The notes under the pieces were generated by a model. That model had not been told where the DNA came from. It made no database searches and saw only the letters and a program-made list of their open reading frames with translations. Position numbers and translations under genes: made by a program. This document shows, piece by piece, positions 58,491 through 64,000 of a stretch of DNA of 64,000 bases; the stretch's first letter is position 1, and each line of letters starts with the position of its first letter. The stretch spans positions 2,170,001 to 2,234,000 of the forward strand of contig JASTWF010000036.1 of NCBI GenBank assembly GCA_030390025.1, given 5' to 3'. Origin of the DNA: Squalus acanthias (lineage: Eukaryota).

Positions 58491-59020
58491 CCACTTAGAA
58501 TACTGTGCACAGTTCTGGTCTCCATACGAGAAAAAAAAAATACATAGAAGCACTGGAGAAAGTGCAAAAAAGATTTACAAAGATGGTACTAGTACTGAGA
58601 AATTACAGTTATCAGGAAAATTAAACAGGTTCTTTAGAAAAGGGAAGACTTAGACATGACCTGATAGAGGTCTTTAAAATTCTGAATGGGTTGGACAGGG
58701 AAGATGTGGAGAGAATGTTTCCACTTGAGAGAATCCAAAACTAGGGGCCATAAATACAAGGTAGTTACTAATAAATCCAATAGGGAAATAAGGAGAAATT
58801 ACTCAGAGGGTGGTTAGAATGTGGAACTCGCTACCACAGGAAGTGGTTGAGGCAAATAGCTTAGATGCTTTCAAAAGGAAACTAGATGAGTACATGAGAG
58901 AAAAGGGAATAGAAAGAGATGCTGAAAGGCTGAGATGAGGTAGACTCGTGTGGAGTATAAATAGCAGCACAGACTAGTTGGGCCGAATGACCTGTTTCTG
59001 TGCTGTATATTCTATGTAAT
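58491..59020 (+). mobile_element. CR1 LINE 3' fragment starting at the LEYCAQFWSP motif
   Basis: HLEYCAQFWSPY..., DLIEVFKILNGLDR, QRVVRMWNSLPQEVVEA, UTR GGGCCGAATGACCTGTTTCTGTGCTGT. Confidence 0.88.
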
Positions 59021-59041
59021 TCCATGCATTAATAAAGAACA

Positions 59042-59264
59042 AAATTGAGAGGTCGCACAACACCAGGTTATAGTCCAACAGTTTTATTTGAAATCACAAG
59101 CTTTCGGAGCTATCGATTTGCTCCTTCCTTCACCTGAGGAAGGAGCAAATCGATAGCTCCGAAAGCTTGTGATTTCAAATAAAACTGTTGGACTATAACC
59201 TGGTGTTGTGCGACCTCTCAATTTTGTCCACCCCAGTCCAACACCGGCATCTCCGCATCATGAC
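59042..59264 (+). mobile_element. Penelope-like inverted pseudo-LTR insertion with perfect 91-bp inverted repeat and 15-bp TSD
   Basis: Arms 59039-59129 and 59137-59227 are exact reverse complements with a 7-nt spacer. CATTAATAAAGAACA is repeated at 59027-59041 and 59265-59279. Confidence 0.85.
59130..59172 (+). ncRNA. Minimal type I hammerhead ribozyme motif
   Basis: UCAC-CUGAGGA-A-GGAGC-aaaucgaua-GCUCC-GAAA-GC-UU-GUGA: 4-bp stem I, 5-bp stem II, palindromic AGCU stem III. Confidence 0.75.
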
Positions 59265-59291
59265 CATTAATAAAGAACACCACAGCGCCCA

Positions 59292-59445
59292 AAAGAAAAG
59301 AATTCACATTTCTATAGCGCCTTTCATCACCTTAGGACTTCCCAAAGTGTTTTACAGCCAATGAAGTACTTTTGAAGTGTGGTCACTGTTGTAAGGTAGG
59401 AAACGCACAGCAAGGTCCCACAAACAGCAATGAGATAATGACCAC
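59292..59445 (-). mobile_element. DeuSINE-like 3' tail fragment
   Basis: CATTTCTATAGCGCCTTTCA...CCCAAAGTGTTTACAGCCAATGAAGTACTTTTGAAGTGTGGTCACTGTTGTAA, the reverse complement of the 48650-48830 region. Confidence 0.7.
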
Positions 59446-60046
59446 AATCTTCCGTGAAGTGATGTCTCTACTGCTCTCAATCTGAAGACCACTGCTACCG
59501 ACAGCAGCTGTCAATGCTCTGAACTCACCACCGCAACCGACCAGAGCCATTAACGTGCCAAATTAGCTGCTTCAACCCAAGAGGGATGGCACTGAATTCT
59601 AACCCATATTAATTACAGATAAATGTTGACTTGCCTTTCTCCTTCAGATGCTGTTTGACCTGCTGTGCATTTCCAGTGGTTTCTATTTCAAATTTGCAGC
59701 ATTTGCAGTTTTAAAAAACAAATTGATTGTTTTCATACCTTCTCACATCAGAAAAGTCAGATTGATCAGTGATAATGGAAACTGCCTGAAGTGTGCCAAG
59801 TACAATCGACTAAAACCACTTCCATCGCCTCATGTCTTTTTTAAGCATCGACTGTGTACATCGTGTCCCAGAAAAAAAAACGATAGGTCATTGCTAATCT
59901 GTAACTTTGTAACTTCTCTCCACTTGAATCCTGCGTGTGAGAGAGGGATAGGGACAGAAACATTGGGAGGATAGGGAGAAGAGAGATGAGGAGATAGAAG
60001 CTACATTCCAGAGCAAGAACAACTGTCCCAGTTACTTTGATTATTA

Positions 60047-60447
60047 GGGGTACGGTAGTATAGTGGTAATGTTACTGGACTGGTAATCCAGAGGCCTGGA
60101 CTAATGACGTAAAACGTGAGTTCAAAACCCAACGCAGCTGGGGAGTTTAAATTCAATTAAATAAATAAATCTGGAACTGTATAAGTCATAGTGACCATGA
60201 AACTACCGGATTGTTGTAAAAACCCATCTGGTTCACTAATATCCTTTAGGGAAGGAAATCTGCTGTCCCTACCCGGTCTGGCCTATATGTGATTCCAAAC
60301 CAATGTGGTTGACTCTGAAATGGCCTAGCAAGCCACTCAATTGTCAAGGAGGTGGCTCACCATCACCTTCGAGGGCAATTAGGGATGGGCAATAAATGCT
60401 GGCCTTGCCAGCGATGCCCACATCCCATTGAACAAATAAAAAAAAAA
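60047..60447 (+). mobile_element. tRNA-derived SINE, second copy of the 57943-58355 family
   Basis: Same head (TAGTGGTAATGTTACTGGACT, GAGTTCAAAACCC), body and tail. Confidence 0.8.
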
Positions 60448-60548
60448 CCTCTCTTTCAGAAAAGCATTCAGGTAGATTTTTCAACATACCATACCATTTG
60501 GGGAGCAGGGCGAGAGAGAAATAGCAGCACAGTAGAAGCCAAGCCCGA

Positions 60549-61248
60549 GGCGATGATTTTAACCCTACCCGCCCGACAGTAATGGGGCAATGGTGAGTGG
60601 GCAATTAAAAAATCCCTCAGGTCACTTACCCACCCTGGAGCCACCGGGAGCTGACATAAGAAATAGAAGCAGGAATAGGCCACTTGGCCCCTCGAGCCTG
60701 CTCCGCCATTCAATAAGATCTTGGGCTCAAAGCCACTTCCCAGCCCGCTCCAGCCAAGATTTTCAGCTGCTCTACTGATCAAGCATATGTCGGGTCCCCA
60801 TGATGTCATCGGGATAGATGACTGCAATATTTACTCGGAGGCCTGAGCCGGGCACGGCAGTCAGTTTCCCGCTAGGCCCACCCAGCGGGGGAGTGGATCG
60901 GGACCAGAAGTGCTCCTCCAGGCCCCACAAAATAAATATCGCTTCCATGCCCTCCTCCCATTTGTGAGGACCCCCCTCGCCCGCCCGCGGGACAGCCCGG
61001 CAGCCGAACCCATGTACGCACCTGCTCAGCAGGCAACCTCCATGCCACGCGAATTTGCGTTGCTTCCCGCCCCGCCTCACTTTCTAGAACGGGAGGGAAG
61101 TCAACCGGCAGCATTTAAACGAGGCCTGGGAGTTAAAACATCCCCGGCCTCTTTTTTTTCCCCCTCTCGTTTTGCTGCAGTGGCTGAGTTGTGAATGGAC
61201 GCCAAAAACTCACCTGCCCAAAACTGGCCCACAGTTAAAATCAGGACC
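60549..61248. mobile_element. Probable MITE with short TIRs, containing a minus-strand CR1 tail at ~60654-60720
   Basis: GGCGATGATTTTAAC ... GTTAAAATCAGGACC; GC-rich interior. Confidence 0.5.
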
Positions 61249-61764
61249 TGATTATTCAGGGAACTCGTGCAGTCCCAGGTACCTCTCGTTCCTGCATCAC
61301 GACAGAACATTCTCAGTGGACTGTTCCTGTAAATGGTACACTATATATTATGTTGCAATATCAGCAGTCTTTCACAGCAGCAAGTAAAAGCCATTATTAT
61401 TTTATGATGTGCTGATTAAGTTAAAGATGGGTTGCCTTCGCCATGTTCTTTCATATTGTGCTAATTATTGTTTATTGCACCAAGGAATGCAAGGCCTGGG
61501 GTGTAAGCTAACAATACACATTCCCGGCAGCAGAAGCATTTACAGACTACAGGAAAAGATCAGCTATCAGTTCGCCAAAGCTATAATTTTACATTTCAAA
61601 CCATCTTGGAACTTTAAAAAAAGGCATGTTCAGGCAGGAAATATGACTGGGCCAAAAAATATGGTTAAAATAAGAGAGATAAACTAGTATATTTCACAAA
61701 AGAGAGAAGTGACACACAAGTCTGGTGAGGAAACCATCGGGGTCGTCTAAAGAAATAATTTTTA

Positions 61765-62156
61765 AAAAGACTTGCAGTTACTCAAGTCACCAAAATATCT
61801 CAGAAGTGCGTCACATACTTTGAAGTGCAGGGAGTGTTCAGTTAGGCAAACACATTCTGTACCTGTAACTTCCCACAAACAGCAATGAGATGAATGACCA
61901 GTGAATGTCTTCTTTTGTTTGGACTGGTTGAAGGTAGAATGTTGGCCAGGAGACTAGAAGAACTCCTCGGATGGCAATAGGACAGTAGTCAATGATAGAA
62001 TAACTGGACATGGATTCTGGATGGAGAGGGCCTGATGGGATAAAGGGCCTCTTCTCATTCTGGATTTGGATGTTCTTATTCAATTAGCAACACAGCATCT
62101 TAAATGCCCACCTGAGCAGGCAGACGAGACCTTGGTTCAACCGCTTATCTGAAGGA
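61765..62156 (-). mobile_element. Highly degraded DeuSINE-like element, possibly interrupted at ~61970-62080
   Basis: AAAGACTTGCA..., CCCACAAACAGCAATGAGATGAATGACCAG, CACCTGAGCAGGCAGACGAGACCTTGGTTCAAC. Confidence 0.5.
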
Positions 62157-62186
62157 TGCTTTCCCTCTTTCACCCTAAACTTAAGA

Positions 62187-62791
62187 GGCCAAAAATCCAC
62201 TGTAAGAGCCATAACTCAGTCAGGAGCGCGCTGGAAGGGGTGCAGACTAGGCCCGGTTCTGGCTTTCACTGGGAGCTCTCTGGATGGCCTGTTGGGGGTG
62301 GAGCCTCCACCCACCAACAAATAAAGGCATTGATGCGGGAGAGGGGACACTTTCCTCGCTGTCAGGGGGAACCAGACATTTCATTGGCGTTGGTACGCCC
62401 GGCAGGACCAGGCTGAATGGTGGAAATGGACCCCACCTGGCGGTTTAGGCTGGGATTGCGGCCTAGAATGCTGAAGAGAATTTTAAAAATTAAAATTATT
62501 TCGGGGCAGCCCCCTTATTTGCGAGGGCATTTTCCAAGTTATTCCTGGGTGGGGGTGGCGGGAGGAGGAAGAGATCGCCCGCCCCGGGATCAGTGAGTCA
62601 CACCACTATTTGTGACCTCTGGTTAAAGACTGGTGTCAAAGATGCACCCCGAGTGAGGTGGGAAGCTGCCGGTGGCATTAAAATCAACGAATCTCCCGCT
62701 GACTCCCTGCAAACTTGGCAGTGCCAGCGGCAGAGGCGGACGCACCTTGGTGCTTATGCCAAGATTGACTCTCCCACCGATTTTTGGGGCC
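62187..62791. mobile_element. Possible old MITE
   Basis: GGCCAAAAATC ... GATTTTTGGGGCC short imperfect TIR around a GC-richer interior. Confidence 0.35.
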
Positions 62792-64000
62792 GTACCGTTT
62801 TGTCTGGGCGAAGATCCCCTCTTGTTGAGAGTTGCGAGTGGAAATAGGATCTTCCCGCCCCCTCACAGTTTAGAAATGATCCATAACTCGGGTTGCCTCC
62901 TTCCAGAAGATTGTCAGAAACTTCAGAGGAAACAGTCTTCTGAAATAATGGAAAATGAATAGCTGGAAATGTACAAAATGAAACATATTCTAGCAGTCTA
63001 GCATCTTGCACAGATTTTGAGTGCCCAACACAAAGACAGATCACCTTAAATTCAAGGAATGGTCAACCCCTCTAGAAAACGTGTATTAACTGTATTGCTA
63101 AGTATTATTAATGCTCGGCTCCTACCCATGAAGCATTCTGGACTAGTTTAGAGATATTGCCAAGTAAACGCCAGCACGCTATGCCATGGAGTCATAGGAC
63201 AAAGGCTTGTGCTACATGGCAATGGTGCCAATCTGAACCATATTGCTTGCCCGGGGGGGCGGGGAAGGGTTACACAGGTCAGTGGGAATGGTAGAAGCCA
63301 GCGATCAAGGTCAGGACACCTGCTTGGATTCTTTTCTGGGGACAGAAGGAGCGAACACTCCCAAAGTCAGCTTTAGAGCAGCCAGCTGCAAAGTAAAGCT
63401 CCCTCTATTCTTCCCCAATGTCCCTCAGATCCGACTTCAGAACAGCATCTCTTAATACGTTAATGTCACCTTTCCATTCCACACAACAGCCAGTCTACAA
63501 TCATTCCGAGCAAGAGTGGCCCCCCAGTTAGCCTGACGTTGCTAGTTTTATCACTGTGGGCCAACAACCATTAGGAACTGGCCAAAACTATTTCACATTG
63601 GGCTCGGAGTTAGAGCCGGAGAGGGGCGAACTTTCTATGCTTGGTCAGAGCTAGATTTAAACCCAGGCCCCAGATGTCAAAAGACAACATGCAAAACCAT
63701 TGCATCGCTCCAAATGAATCCTATTCATAGGTGTGCCATTCATAGTGCGCACTCACAGTGTTACCTTCCCCTTTAACCACTGTGGTTTGGGGTGAACGAC
63801 AATCTGGTGGACAGCTATAAACGTCGGAGTGGCTTTCAGAGAGATCTGGGAGCAGATTGTCCAAACACTTTACCAGCCAAGGGTGGTGTCTGGCATAGGA
63901 AAACCAGAAAGGAGTAGGGAGAGAAAAAAAAAACAAGGACTGAGACTCGTAATCAAAGAAATAAAAAGCTCTACATTTGGAGTAGGAAAGAGAACTTTTG

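Noticed and set aside
51785..63410. Shared motif TGCA(G/A)AGTAAAGCTCCCTCTA at ~51787 and ~63387
   Set aside because: Probably fragments of another dispersed repeat; boundaries and family could not be defined.

Overview
Eukaryotic, repeat-rich window with no recognisable host gene. The mix of CR1, L2, RTE and Penelope retroelements plus DeuSINE-like SINEs resembles a cartilaginous fish (shark/ray) genome; this is inferred from repeat families only. About 62% of the window (2900-42636) is one tandem array of a 20-bp unit, CTGGAGCAC[T/C]GTGTTCAGTT (~1,990 copies). Its left end is hidden by a 500-N gap. At its right end it runs in register into a decayed CR1 LINE, and the unit matches the CR1 ORF2 'LE(Y/H)CVQFW' codons, so the satellite appears to have grown out of the LINE. 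The array shows higher-order duplications (2280, 1140, 1120, 760/1260 bp) and a perfect RSS-type heptamer (CACAGTG, minus strand) in its commonest unit. The flanks hold nested LINE, SINE and MITE fragments, a 1.9-kb CR1 RT remnant, a Penelope GIY-YIG remnant and several minimal hammerhead-ribozyme motifs. One hammerhead sits in a perfect 91-bp inverted repeat bounded by a 15-bp target-site duplication. The giant ORFs in the supplied track are by-products of the satellite. All family calls are by eye; no searches were run.
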